64,000 nucleotides of DNA from an uncultured Clostridia bacterium (GCA_945877365.1 CAMCRV010000003.1:35901-99900), one strand, 5' to 3'; shown: positions 46,691 through 55,861, counted from the stretch's first letter. Program-made: numbers and translations. Notes: generated from the sequence alone by a model not told the origin.

Positions 46691-47650
46691 TTAGAAAGCA
46701 GGGATGTAGCCGTTCTCGGCAACGATGGCACGACCGGTATCGGAGAAGATGTAATCCACAAAGGCTTCCTCAGCGGCATCCAGAGGACGGTTGGTCACAA
46801 ACAGGCAGGGGCGCTGAATCTTGTAGCTGCCGTTGAGGATGTTCTCCTCGCTGGGCTCCACTCCGTTGACCTTGAAGGCATGGAGATTGTCCAGATTCTT
46901 CTGGTAAACACCATAGCCGGCATAGCCGATAGCGTACTCATTCTCAACAATCTTGGCAGCCAGAGCACCCATGGAGGGAGACTGGATGGCATTCTCGGAG
47001 ATGGGAGTGCCCTGCATGACATTCTTCTCAAAGACCTCTGCAGCGCCGCCGGACAGGTCGCGGATTACCACAACGATTTCCTTGTGCTCCAGAGAGGCAT
47101 CGATCTCGTCCCAATAGGCGATCTCACCGGCGAAAATCTTCCGGATGGTATCGGTGTCAATATCGTCCATGATCTCGCAGACAGGGTTCTTCTTGTTGAC
47201 GGAGATGGTCAGAGCGTCAGAAGCCACCATATACTCGGTGTAACCGCTGCCCAGGGCTTCCTTCTCGCTGTCCTTCACAGAGCGGGCCAGCATACCGAAG
47301 TCGGCAGTGCCGTCCAGCACGCTGGAGGGGCCGTCGCCGGAACCGCCGGAGGTGACGGCAATGTCAATCTCCTCAGCAGGGAAAGCAGGGTTGACCTTGT
47401 CCCAGGTGCCGTACTCTTCCAGGTAAGCGGCGCCAATGGATGCGATAACGGGAGCCAGAGAGGAAGAACCGCAGAAGTGGATCTGGGGATCGATCTCAAT
47501 GGGGGCAACCGTGGCGGCAGGTGCTTCCGTGGCGGGGGCAGCTTCCGTAGCAGGAGCAGCTTCCGTGGCAGGGGTGCTCTGAGCTGCACCGCAGGCCACC
47601 AGACCGAAGCAAAGAACCAATACCAGAAGCAGGCTGATCAGTTTTTTCAT
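46691..47650 (-). CDS. pstS: Phosphate ABC transporter substrate-binding lipoprotein PstS
   Basis: Lipobox LVLCFGLVAC|G. FCGSSSLAP and TSGGSGDG motifs. GGAGGA RBS before the ATG at 47650. Confidence 0.85.
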   Translation of the reverse strand: MKKLISLLLVLVLCFGLVACGAAQSTPATEAAPATEAAPATEAPAATVAPIEIDPQIHFCGSSSLAPVIASIGAAYLEEYGTWDKVNPAFPAEEIDIAVTSGGSGDGPSSVLDGTADFGMLARSVKDSEKEALGSGYTEYMVASDALTISVNKKNPVCEIMDDIDTDTIRKIFAGEIAYWDEIDASLEHKEIVVVIRDLSGGAAEVFEKNVMQGTPISENAIQSPSMGALAAKIVENEYAIGYAGYGVYQKNLDNLHAFKVNGVEPSEENILNGSYKIQRPCLFVTNRPLDAAEEAFVDYIFSDTGRAIVAENGYIPAF

Positions 47651-47840
47651 TTTGAATCCTCCAAAAGATATTGTCTTGGGCGTAATCGCCATACGCCGTC
47701 ATTTTATCCCTGAAACCGTGGAATGTACAATAGTTTTTGTCTATTTATATTATTTACTTATTCTTATTTTCAATATATAGCCTTTCAATCCATTCTATTT
47801 TGTCTGTCTATTAATAAAAAGAATATATTGATAAATTGTA

Positions 47841-47870
47841 TTGGTTTCCTTTCTCCAATCATGGTATGAT
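47841..47870 (+). promoter_or_regulatory. Candidate extended -10 promoter for the activase/dehydratase-like operon
   Basis: TTGGTT, 18-nt spacer, TGg TATGAT. Confidence 0.35.
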
Positions 47871-47915
47871 TTTCCTGATAAACCGACAAATTATCCAGAT
47901 TGGAGACGAAGAACT

Positions 47916-48686
47916 ATGAACTATTTCATCGGAATTGACATAGGCTCCACCTGTGCCAAGACCATTGTCATGGATTCCGACAAAAAAGTACTGCACCGTA
48001 TGCTGCAGCCCACCGGCTGGAGCAGTCTGGACACGGCAGAGGCCATCCGGGAGAAACTTGAGCAGCTGGGTGTCCCGACATCGGAATCTGCCATCGTAGC
48101 CACCGGCTACGGACGGATCTCCGTTCCCTACGCCGACAAAAGCGTAACAGAGATCACCTGTCACGGACGGGGCGCCTGCTTTGTCCATGGCAGCGAGAAT
48201 CTCACGGTTATCGACATCGGCGGACAGGACACCAAGCTCATCGCCGTGGAGAGCGGCATTGTCAAGGACTTCATTATGAACGACAAGTGCTCTGCCGGCA
48301 CCGGTCGTTTTCTGGAGGTCATGGCCAACACCCTGGCCCTGCGGCCCGATGAGCTCTGCCGCCTGGCTGCACAGGGCGGAAACACCTCCATCAGTTCCAT
48401 GTGCACCGTGTTTGCCGAATCCGAGGTCATCAGTCTCATCGGCCGTGGTGAAAAGAAGGAAAACATCGCCTTTGCCGTGGTGGACTCCATTGTGAAAAAG
48501 GTGGCTTCTCAGGCCGGTCGCCTCACACTGGGTGACAAAGTCTGTCTCACCGGCGGCCTGTGCGAATTCGACTATCTGCGCGAAAGCCTGTCCCGGCAGC
48601 TGGGTGTTGCCGTGGAAACCGACCCCGACGGGCGCTACGCCGGTGCAATCGGCGCCGCCCTTTGTGCATATAACATCAGAAAGTAA
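47916..48686 (+). CDS. BcrAD/BadFG/HgdC-type ATPase (acyl-CoA dehydratase or reductase activase)
   Basis: IGIDIGSTCAKT, IDIGGQDTK, NDKCSAGTGRFLE (cluster-bridging Cys), TGG...GAIGAAL. Confidence 0.8.
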   Translation: MNYFIGIDIGSTCAKTIVMDSDKKVLHRMLQPTGWSSLDTAEAIREKLEQLGVPTSESAIVATGYGRISVPYADKSVTEITCHGRGACFVHGSENLTVIDIGGQDTKLIAVESGIVKDFIMNDKCSAGTGRFLEVMANTLALRPDELCRLAAQGGNTSISSMCTVFAESEVISLIGRGEKKENIAFAVVDSIVKKVASQAGRLTLGDKVCLTGGLCEFDYLRESLSRQLGVAVETDPDGRYAGAIGAALCAYNIRK

Positions 48687-48698
48687 GGAGAAATACAT

Positions 48699-49838
48699 AT
48701 GTCATACGATCTTCCGGCAAAATTTGAAGAGTTCAGCGAAGCCCGGCGTCAGGGCTTCCTGCGGGTCAAGCAGGTGAAGGAGAACGGCGGTAAGGTGGCC
48801 GGTATCTTCTGCACCTTCACGCCCACGGAAATTCTGGACGCCGCCGGGTTTATTTCCGTCAGCCTCTGCGGTATGAGCAACGAGACAGTTCCCGCCGCCG
48901 AGACCCAGCTGCCCAAAAACCTCTGCCCGCTGATCAAATCCAGCTACGGCTTTGCTCTCACCGACAAGTGCCCCTACACCTACTTCTCCGACCTGATTGT
49001 GGGAGAAACCACCTGCGACGGCAAGAAGAAGATGTACGAGATGCTGGGCAAGCTGAAGCCCACCTACATCCTTCACCTGCCTCAGGGGCACGACAGTGAC
49101 CCCGTCACCGTATGGACTGCCGAGCTGCGCCGGTTTATTGCCTTCCTGGAGGAGAAGTTCAACCTCACCATTACCGACGAGGCTCTTCGCCAGGCCGCAC
49201 GCCAGCGCAATGCCCAGCGTCAGGCGCACATGAAGCTGATGGAGCTGCAGAAGCAGACCCCGCCTCCCCTGGGCGGTATGCAGATGTATGCCACCATGGA
49301 GGGCACCGGCTTTATGTTCACCCATGAGGATCGGGTCAACAAGCTGAACCAGCTCCGGGAATCTGTGGAGGCCAATGCCGACCGCTCTGCCTTTGCCGGC
49401 GCCAAGCGGATTCTGGTCACAGGCTGCCCCATCGGCGGCGTCCTGCAAAAGACTGTGAAGGCCATTGAAGAAAATGGCGGCGTTGTGGTCTGCTTCGAAA
49501 ACTGCAGCGGCATCAAGGCCGCCTTCCAGATGGTGGATACCGAGGCTGAGGATATCGTCAAGGCCATTGCCCAGCGGTATCTGCAAATCGGCTGCTCCGT
49601 GATGACCCCCAATACCGAGCGCATGAAGCTGCTGCCCAAGCTGGTGGAAGAGTACAAGGTGGACGGTATTGTGGAGGTGGATCTGCAGGCCTGCACCCCC
49701 TACTGTGTGGAGTCCTTCCAGATCAAACAGCTGTGTGAGCAGATCAATATCCCCTATTTGGCTGTGGAGACCGATTACTCCACCGGCGACTCCGGTCAGC
49801 TGGCCACCCGTCTGGAAGCCTTCCTGGAGATGCTCTAA
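48699..49838 (+). CDS. BcrC/BadD/HgdB-family Cys-rich subunit (double-cubane-cluster-protein-like), paralog A
   Basis: Cys motifs FCTF, LCGM, NLCPLIK, DKCPY, ETTCDGKKK. 379 aa. Confidence 0.7.
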   Translation: MSYDLPAKFEEFSEARRQGFLRVKQVKENGGKVAGIFCTFTPTEILDAAGFISVSLCGMSNETVPAAETQLPKNLCPLIKSSYGFALTDKCPYTYFSDLIVGETTCDGKKKMYEMLGKLKPTYILHLPQGHDSDPVTVWTAELRRFIAFLEEKFNLTITDEALRQAARQRNAQRQAHMKLMELQKQTPPPLGGMQMYATMEGTGFMFTHEDRVNKLNQLRESVEANADRSAFAGAKRILVTGCPIGGVLQKTVKAIEENGGVVVCFENCSGIKAAFQMVDTEAEDIVKAIAQRYLQIGCSVMTPNTERMKLLPKLVEEYKVDGIVEVDLQACTPYCVESFQIKQLCEQINIPYLAVETDYSTGDSGQLATRLEAFLEML

Positions 49839-49896
49839 ATTCCGTGACCCTGCCCGGGGCGCCCCCCGGTAAAAAAATATACAGGAGGAAATACAA

Positions 49897-51171
49897 ATGT
49901 CCAATTATGTCGAGATGTGGAAGGATCTGGGAATGGATCTGGAAGCCCACGACCTGCTGTGTCAGGTTCTGCCCACCGCCGTGGGTGATGTGTTCCTGAC
50001 CCAGGAAAACCGCCCCAAGGCTATGGATTTCTGGGATCTGGTGATCTCCGAGGTGCATGGCATCCGCCCCGCTGAGCTGATCGCGGCTCAGAAAGAAGGC
50101 AGGAAGGTTTTTGGTACCTTCTGCGTGTATGTTCCCGATGAAGTGATTGTTGCCGCCAACGGAATTGTCACCGGTCTGTGCGGCGGCTCCCAGTTCTGGG
50201 TTCCCGGCGGCGAGGCCGTCCTGCCCAAGAGCACCTGCCCCCTGATCAAGGCATCCGTCGGCGCCCGTCTGGGCAAGACCTGTCCCTTCTTCCGGATTGC
50301 CGATATGTATGTGGGCGAAACCACCTGCGACGGCAAGAAGAAGGCATACGAGATTCTGGGCGAGGATGTCCCCATGTACATCATGGATGTTCCCCAGATG
50401 AAGCGGGAAAAGGACATTCTGAAGTGGAAGGATGAGATTGCCGACTTTGCCAAGATGGTGGAGGAGTTCACCGGCAATGAGATTACCGCAGAGAAGCTGG
50501 CTGAGTCCATTCGGATTCACAACGAGAAGCGCAAGGCCCTGCAGCGTGTCTACAACTGCCGCAAGTCCAAGTGTCTGCCCATCTCCGGCCGGGATGCCCT
50601 GCTGATGACCCAGATTTCCTTCTTTGACGATCCTGTCCGCTGCGCCCAGATGTGCAACCGTCTGGCCGACGAGCTGGAGCAGAGAATCCAGGACGGTGTC
50701 AGCGTGGTTTCCGAGGGCACCAAGCGTATCCTCGTCACCGGCACACCTTTGGCTGTCCCCAACTGGAAGCTCCACAACATCATTGAGACCTCCGGCGGCG
50801 CCGTGGTCTGCGAGGAAATGTGCACCGGCACCCGGTATTTTGAGAATCTGGTGGACGAGAGCGGCACCACCCTGGACGAGCAGTTCATGGCTCTGTCCCA
50901 GCGGTACATGAAGACCAACTGCGCATGCTTCACCCCCAACACCGGTCGGATCGATGACATCATTCGGCTGTGCAAGGAGTATCAGGTGGACGGCGTTATC
51001 GACTGCAGCCTGAAGTTCTGCTGCCTGTACGACACGGAGAAGTTCACCGTCTCCCGCGCCCTGAAGGAAGCCGGAATCCCCGTCCTGAGTCTGGAAACCG
51101 ACTACGCCGACACCGATGCCGAGCAGCTGCGCACCAGAATCGGCGCCTTCATTGAGATGCTCAATGGCTGA
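49897..51171 (+). CDS. BcrC/BadD/HgdB-family Cys-rich subunit (double-cubane-cluster-protein-like), paralog B
   Basis: Collinear Cys motifs FCVY, LCGG, STCPLIK, KTCPFF, ETTCDGKKK. 424 aa. Confidence 0.7.
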   Translation: MSNYVEMWKDLGMDLEAHDLLCQVLPTAVGDVFLTQENRPKAMDFWDLVISEVHGIRPAELIAAQKEGRKVFGTFCVYVPDEVIVAANGIVTGLCGGSQFWVPGGEAVLPKSTCPLIKASVGARLGKTCPFFRIADMYVGETTCDGKKKAYEILGEDVPMYIMDVPQMKREKDILKWKDEIADFAKMVEEFTGNEITAEKLAESIRIHNEKRKALQRVYNCRKSKCLPISGRDALLMTQISFFDDPVRCAQMCNRLADELEQRIQDGVSVVSEGTKRILVTGTPLAVPNWKLHNIIETSGGAVVCEEMCTGTRYFENLVDESGTTLDEQFMALSQRYMKTNCACFTPNTGRIDDIIRLCKEYQVDGVIDCSLKFCCLYDTEKFTVSRALKEAGIPVLSLETDYADTDAEQLRTRIGAFIEMLNG

Positions 51172-51436
51172 TTCCGATATCCGGTATTACATCCTCTTTG
51201 CAAACTATGAGCAGGGACTTGCGCTCCGGGATCTGCTGCTGGCAGAGAACATTCCCAACCGAATTGCCCCGGCTCCCCGGGCGATTCAGGGGGAGCTTTC
51301 CTGCGGAATGAGTCTTCTTCTCAGCCCCGGGGATGTGGATGCCGCCAAAGCCTGCATTGACAGACATCACGCGCCATACCATGCCATTGTCCCTCTGGCA
51401 GGCCAGATCAAGTCCCACCGGGATAAATACTGCTAA
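51164..51436 (+). CDS. DUF3343-like small protein (putative S/Se carrier-like fold)
   Basis: 90 aa, YYILFANYEQGLALRDLLLAENIPNRIAPAPR...CGMSL. ATGGCTGA overlap with the preceding gene. Confidence 0.55.
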   Translation: MADSDIRYYILFANYEQGLALRDLLLAENIPNRIAPAPRAIQGELSCGMSLLLSPGDVDAAKACIDRHHAPYHAIVPLAGQIKSHRDKYC

Positions 51437-51439
51437 GCT

Positions 51440-51476
51440 GTCCCTCCACCGCAGGTGCGGTGGAGGGACTTTCTTA
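51440..51476 (+). terminator. Rho-independent terminator of the activase operon
   Basis: 13-bp perfect stem GTCCCTCCACCGC/GCGGTGGAGGGAC with loop AGGT, then TTTCTT. Confidence 0.85.
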
Positions 51477-51625
51477 AGATTCTCGATTCCGCAGAGGCTT
51501 TCTTCACAATTATGTTGCATTTTTTCCAAAGATACTCTATAATTGCCAAAGTATGGGCTTCATGCCCGGATTTGTCCGATTGCTGCAACCGCTGCTGATA
51601 ACGATTGTTGAAATAGAGGTTTCCT

Positions 51626-52939
51626 ATGAATCATACCGTTTGTCTCCTGAACGACTCCTTTCCTCCGCTGATTGACGGTGTTGCCAACACCGTGATGAAT
51701 TATGCCCGGCTGCTCCCGGAGTTTGAACACGATACGCTGGTGGTCACGCCCTCCTATCCGGAATACGACGATTCCCCCTATCCCTATCCCGTGGTGCGGT
51801 ATCCCAGCATTCTCACGGATAAGGTGATTGGCTACCCCGCCGGCATCCCCTTCTCTCCGGAAATTGCACGATGCGTTCAGCAGAGCCAGGTTGAGCTGTT
51901 CCACAGCCACTGCCCTGTCATGTCTACCTTCATGGCACGGCAGCTTCGGGAGATTGTGGATGTTCCCATTGTGTTCACCTATCACACCAAGTTTGACATC
52001 GATATTGACAACATCACCAAGAACCGAGCCCTGCGGGCTGCCTGCCGGAAGGTGCTTGTAAATAACATTTCCGCCTGTGATGAGGTCTGGGCTGTCAGCA
52101 ACGGCGCCGGTGAAAACCTGCGCTCCATCGGCTATCAGGGAGACTATATTGTCATGCACAACGGTGTGGATATGCCCCGGGGAAAAGCCTCCCCGGAAGA
52201 AATCCAGTCCGCCACCGCAGGGTATGATTTACCGGAGGGTGTCCCTGTCTTCCTGTTCGTCGGACGGATGTTGTGGTATAAGGGGCACAAAATCACCATC
52301 GACGCCCTCTCCCGGCTGGCCCGGAAGGGTGTGGACTATCGGATGGTGTTCATCGGCAGCGGCGACAACCTGCCGGAAATTGAGGAATATGTACAGGCAT
52401 GTCAAATCTCGGATCGCTGTATTTTTACCGGCTCCATCCATGACCGATCTGTTCTGAAGGCATGGTACAGCCGCTGCGACCTGTTCCTCTTCCCTTCCAC
52501 ATACGACACCAACGGTCTGGTGGTTCGGGAAGCATCCGCCTGCGGCGTTGCCTCTGTTCTCGTGGAAGGCAGCTGCGCCGCGGAGGGTGTCACCGACGGC
52601 GTGAACGGCTTCCTGATTGAAGAAAACCCGGAAAGTATGGCAGCCTGTCTGGAAAGACTGTCCCTTTCCCAGATGCATACAGTGGGCGAACACGCCTGCG
52701 CGGATCTTTACATTTCCTGGGAAAGCGCCATTAAAAATGCCGCAGACCGCTATGAGGTGGTAAAGGAGCGCTACAGGCTGGAAGGCCGCCACCACAGGCT
52801 GAAGCCCACGGATATGATTATGAAGGCCAACGGCGAAATGATGGAGGTTCTGGCCAAGCTGTCCATCCACAGGAGCCGGAAATGGCTGCGGTCCCAGTTG
52901 GAGCTGCTGAAGAAATCCGGTTTTGGAGACTCCGATTAA
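51626..52939 (+). CDS. Glycosyltransferase family 4
   Basis: NDSFPPLIDGVANTV N-terminus and FLFPSTYDTNGLVVREASACG EX7E-type motif. Confidence 0.8.
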   Translation: MNHTVCLLNDSFPPLIDGVANTVMNYARLLPEFEHDTLVVTPSYPEYDDSPYPYPVVRYPSILTDKVIGYPAGIPFSPEIARCVQQSQVELFHSHCPVMSTFMARQLREIVDVPIVFTYHTKFDIDIDNITKNRALRAACRKVLVNNISACDEVWAVSNGAGENLRSIGYQGDYIVMHNGVDMPRGKASPEEIQSATAGYDLPEGVPVFLFVGRMLWYKGHKITIDALSRLARKGVDYRMVFIGSGDNLPEIEEYVQACQISDRCIFTGSIHDRSVLKAWYSRCDLFLFPSTYDTNGLVVREASACGVASVLVEGSCAAEGVTDGVNGFLIEENPESMAACLERLSLSQMHTVGEHACADLYISWESAIKNAADRYEVVKERYRLEGRHHRLKPTDMIMKANGEMMEVLAKLSIHRSRKWLRSQLELLKKSGFGDSD

Positions 52940-52946
52940 CAGGTTT

Positions 52947-52978
52947 CACTCCCTTCCTTCGGGAAGGGAGTGTTTATT
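52947..52978 (+). terminator. Rho-independent terminator
   Basis: 11-bp stem CACTCCCTTCC/GGAAGGGAGTG with loop TTCG, then TTTATT. Confidence 0.85.
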
Positions 52979-53063
52979 GATATTGCACAAACTTCATGCA
53001 AGAAACACAGCTAGTTGCACAATTATCTGTTGCAATAGCTGGATAATTTGGCATTTATTCGAC

Positions 53064-53092
53064 TTGAATTTCGGCAAGTGCAGTGCTATGAT
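53064..53092 (+). promoter_or_regulatory. Candidate sigma-A promoter of the cation:proton antiporter gene
   Basis: TTGAAT, 17-nt spacer, TATGAT. Confidence 0.55.
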
Positions 53093-53146
53093 TTGCTGGC
53101 GACACTGGAACTTGCAGTTCCTGTTTGTTTTCAAGGAGGAATGATT

Positions 53147-54418
53147 ATGGAAACCTGTCTTGTTCTTCTGGCCGTTTCACTGATCGGCGGTCTGATGCTC
53201 TCCCGTTTAACCAAGCGGATGCATCTTCCGGCTGTCACCGCCTATCTGGTAGCAGGCCTTCTGCTGGGACCATTCTGTTTGGGCCGCATCAACATCCCCG
53301 GGCTGGGATATCAGACCCTTGCTCAGGTTGGATCCATGAAAATCATCACCCAGACCGCTCTGGGTTTTATCGCCTTTACCATCGGCAATGAATTCCGCCT
53401 GAGCCAGCTGAAGGCCACCGGTGCAAAGGCCATCACCATCGGTATTCTTCAGGCTGTTTTCACCACACTGTTGGTGGATATCGCTCTGATCGCCCTGCAT
53501 TTTTTGCAGCCGTCCGTTATTTCCCTCTCCTGCGCCATTACTCTGGGTGCCATCGCAGCAGCTACAGCCCCTGCCGCAACTTTGATGGTGGTGCGCCAAT
53601 ATAAGGCAGACGGTCCCCTGACCCGGCTTCTGCTGCTGGTGGTAGCAATTGATGATGCCGTCGGCCTGGTGGTGTTCAGCGTTTCCTTTGGCATTGCAAC
53701 CGCCCTCTCCAGCGGCCATGTCAATGTTCTGGGCGTGGTTGTGGAGCCACTGCTGGAGATTATTCTCTCCTTCGGCCTGGGTGCCGCCATTGGCTGGCTG
53801 CTGAACTGGGTGGAGCAGTTCTTCCACTCCAGAAGCAAGCGTATGACCATCTCCGTAGCCTTTGTACTTCTGGCTGTGGGACTGAGTATGCTGGAATTTC
53901 AGGTTGGCGCTGTCCACTGCGGTTTTTCCCTGCTTCTGGTCTGCATGATGGCAGGAACCATTTTCTGCAACATCTGTCCCACATCCGAGGAACTGATGGG
54001 TCGTATCGATGGCTGGACCATGCCCCTGAATGTTTTGTTCTTTGTCATCTCCGGTGCGGAATTGGATCTGAATGTTCTTGCTCAGCCGGTCACCTTGCTG
54101 GTGGGTATCGTGTACATTCTTTCCCGCTCTGCCGGTAAATACTTCGGCAGTGCCTTCAGCTGCAAAATCACCTCCCAGAGCAAGTCTATCACGGATCATC
54201 TGGGCATCACGCTCCTGCCCCAGGCAGGTGTTGCTCTGGGTATGGCGCTGACCGCCGCCACGCTTCCGGATGGAACACTGGCCCGCAATGTTGTCCTCTT
54301 CTCTGTTCTGGTTTATGAACTGGTAGGCCCTGCTCTGACCAAGCGTTCCCTGATGGCTGCCGGAGAGATTCGCCCCGAAGGCCGCACCAGTGCCAGAACC
54401 GCAAATAAAACCGTATAA
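53147..54418 (+). CDS. Cation:proton antiporter (CPA2/Kef-type Na+/H+ exchanger family)
   Basis: Polytopic protein, LSRLTKRMHLPAVTAYLVAGLLLGP. Start set 8 nt after AGGAGG; the ORF opens at 53048. Confidence 0.8.
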   Translation: METCLVLLAVSLIGGLMLSRLTKRMHLPAVTAYLVAGLLLGPFCLGRINIPGLGYQTLAQVGSMKIITQTALGFIAFTIGNEFRLSQLKATGAKAITIGILQAVFTTLLVDIALIALHFLQPSVISLSCAITLGAIAAATAPAATLMVVRQYKADGPLTRLLLLVVAIDDAVGLVVFSVSFGIATALSSGHVNVLGVVVEPLLEIILSFGLGAAIGWLLNWVEQFFHSRSKRMTISVAFVLLAVGLSMLEFQVGAVHCGFSLLLVCMMAGTIFCNICPTSEELMGRIDGWTMPLNVLFFVISGAELDLNVLAQPVTLLVGIVYILSRSAGKYFGSAFSCKITSQSKSITDHLGITLLPQAGVALGMALTAATLPDGTLARNVVLFSVLVYELVGPALTKRSLMAAGEIRPEGRTSARTANKTV

Positions 54419-54471
54419 TCTCTGTTTTCCGCGAGAATTATCTGCTCCTTCCTGAAATTGAGGTGATTCCC

Positions 54472-55857
54472 ATGAAAAATTCTTCTGCAAAAGACCTGAC
54501 CACCGGCTCTGCCATGCAGCTGATTCTGTCCTTCATGCTGCCGCTGATCTTCGGCCTGCTGTTTCAGCAGTTCTACAGCATGGTGGATACCGTGGTGGTG
54601 GGAAAGCTTTTAGGTGTGGACGCCCTGGCAGGTGTGGGCTCCACCGGCTCCATCAATTTCCTGGTGCTGGGGCTGTGCAACGGTATCTGCGCCGGTTTCG
54701 CCATCCCCGTTGCCCGGAAGTTTGGGCAGAAGGATTTGGATGGTCTTCGCCGGTTTGTGGGAAATATGATCTGGCTGGGCAGCATCATCGCCGCCATTGT
54801 CACTCTGGTCACCACTCTGCTGTGCCGGGATATCCTGATCTGGATGGACACCCCCGAGAGTACCTTCTCCTATGCCTATGATTATATCTGGGTGATTTTT
54901 CTGGGGATTCCAGCCACCATGCTCTACAATCTGCTGTCCGGAATCATCCGCTCCCTTGGAGATTCCCGAACACCGCTGCTGTTTCTGGTTCTTTCCAGCC
55001 TGCTGAATGTGCTGCTGGATATTCTGTTCATTGTCTGTTTCCGGATGGGTGTCGCCGGAGCCGGCTGGGCAACTCTGCTGAGCCAGCTGATTTCCGGTAT
55101 CCTCTGCCTTCTGTTCATCCGGAGGGCATTCCCGCTGCTGCACCTGAGTGCCGATGATCTGCGTTTGCGCTGGCCATATGCCCTGCATCTTCTGTCCATG
55201 GGGCTGCCCATGGGAATGCAGTATTCCATCACCGCCATCGGAAGTATTCTGCTGCAGGCCGCCGTCAATGGTCTGGGCGCCAGCGCTATGGCCGCCGTCA
55301 CCGCAGGAAGTAAAGTGAGTATGCTCTGCGCCTGCCCCTTTGACGCCATGGGCACCACCGCCGCTACCTTTGCCGGGCAGAACTGGGGCGCCGGAAAGCT
55401 GGATCGGGTGCATCAGGGCGTCAAGGACTGCACCATTCTGGGCGTTGCGTACTCTGCCCTGATTTTGCTTGCCATGTTTTTCTTCGGAGAAGACCTTTGC
55501 ATGCTGTTTCTGGACAGCCGGGATGCCGCGGCTGTATCCGTCATCGGCCCGCTGAGCCGTCAGTTTTTGCTGGCAAGTTTGGTGTTCTTTGTTCCCCTGC
55601 TGTTTGTGAATCTGCTCCGGTTTACCATTCAGGGGCTGGGCTTCTCCAATCTGGCCGTCATCGCCGGGGTTCTGGAAATGCTGGCTCGGGGCATTGTGGG
55701 CACCGTTTTGGTTCCCCTGCTGGGCTTCACCGCCGTCTGCTACGCCAGTCCTGCTGCCTGGATCATGGCAGATATTTTCCTGTTCCCCGCCTATTTCTAC
55801 TGTCTGAAAAAACGGACTTGTATTCCTGCTGATAACCCCCAGGAATCGGGGATATAG
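54472..55857 (+). CDS. MATE family efflux transporter (paralog 4 of 4)
   Basis: Polytopic protein, LILSFMLPLIFGLLFQQFYSMVDTVVVG. ATG at 54472 sits after GAGGTG. Confidence 0.85.
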   Translation: MKNSSAKDLTTGSAMQLILSFMLPLIFGLLFQQFYSMVDTVVVGKLLGVDALAGVGSTGSINFLVLGLCNGICAGFAIPVARKFGQKDLDGLRRFVGNMIWLGSIIAAIVTLVTTLLCRDILIWMDTPESTFSYAYDYIWVIFLGIPATMLYNLLSGIIRSLGDSRTPLLFLVLSSLLNVLLDILFIVCFRMGVAGAGWATLLSQLISGILCLLFIRRAFPLLHLSADDLRLRWPYALHLLSMGLPMGMQYSITAIGSILLQAAVNGLGASAMAAVTAGSKVSMLCACPFDAMGTTAATFAGQNWGAGKLDRVHQGVKDCTILGVAYSALILLAMFFFGEDLCMLFLDSRDAAAVSVIGPLSRQFLLASLVFFVPLLFVNLLRFTIQGLGFSNLAVIAGVLEMLARGIVGTVLVPLLGFTAVCYASPAAWIMADIFLFPAYFYCLKKRTCIPADNPQESGI

Positions 55858-55861
55858 TTTT

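Noticed and set aside
47651-47915. Possible replication origin. Gene orientation switches from minus to plus here, the region is AT-rich, and there are two DnaA-box-like 9-mers (TTATCCAGA and TTATCCCTG).
   Set aside because: Only one box is within one mismatch of TTATCCACA. No dnaA, dnaN or box cluster is present, and the first 11 kb of the window already has mixed orientation. A divergent promoter region explains it.
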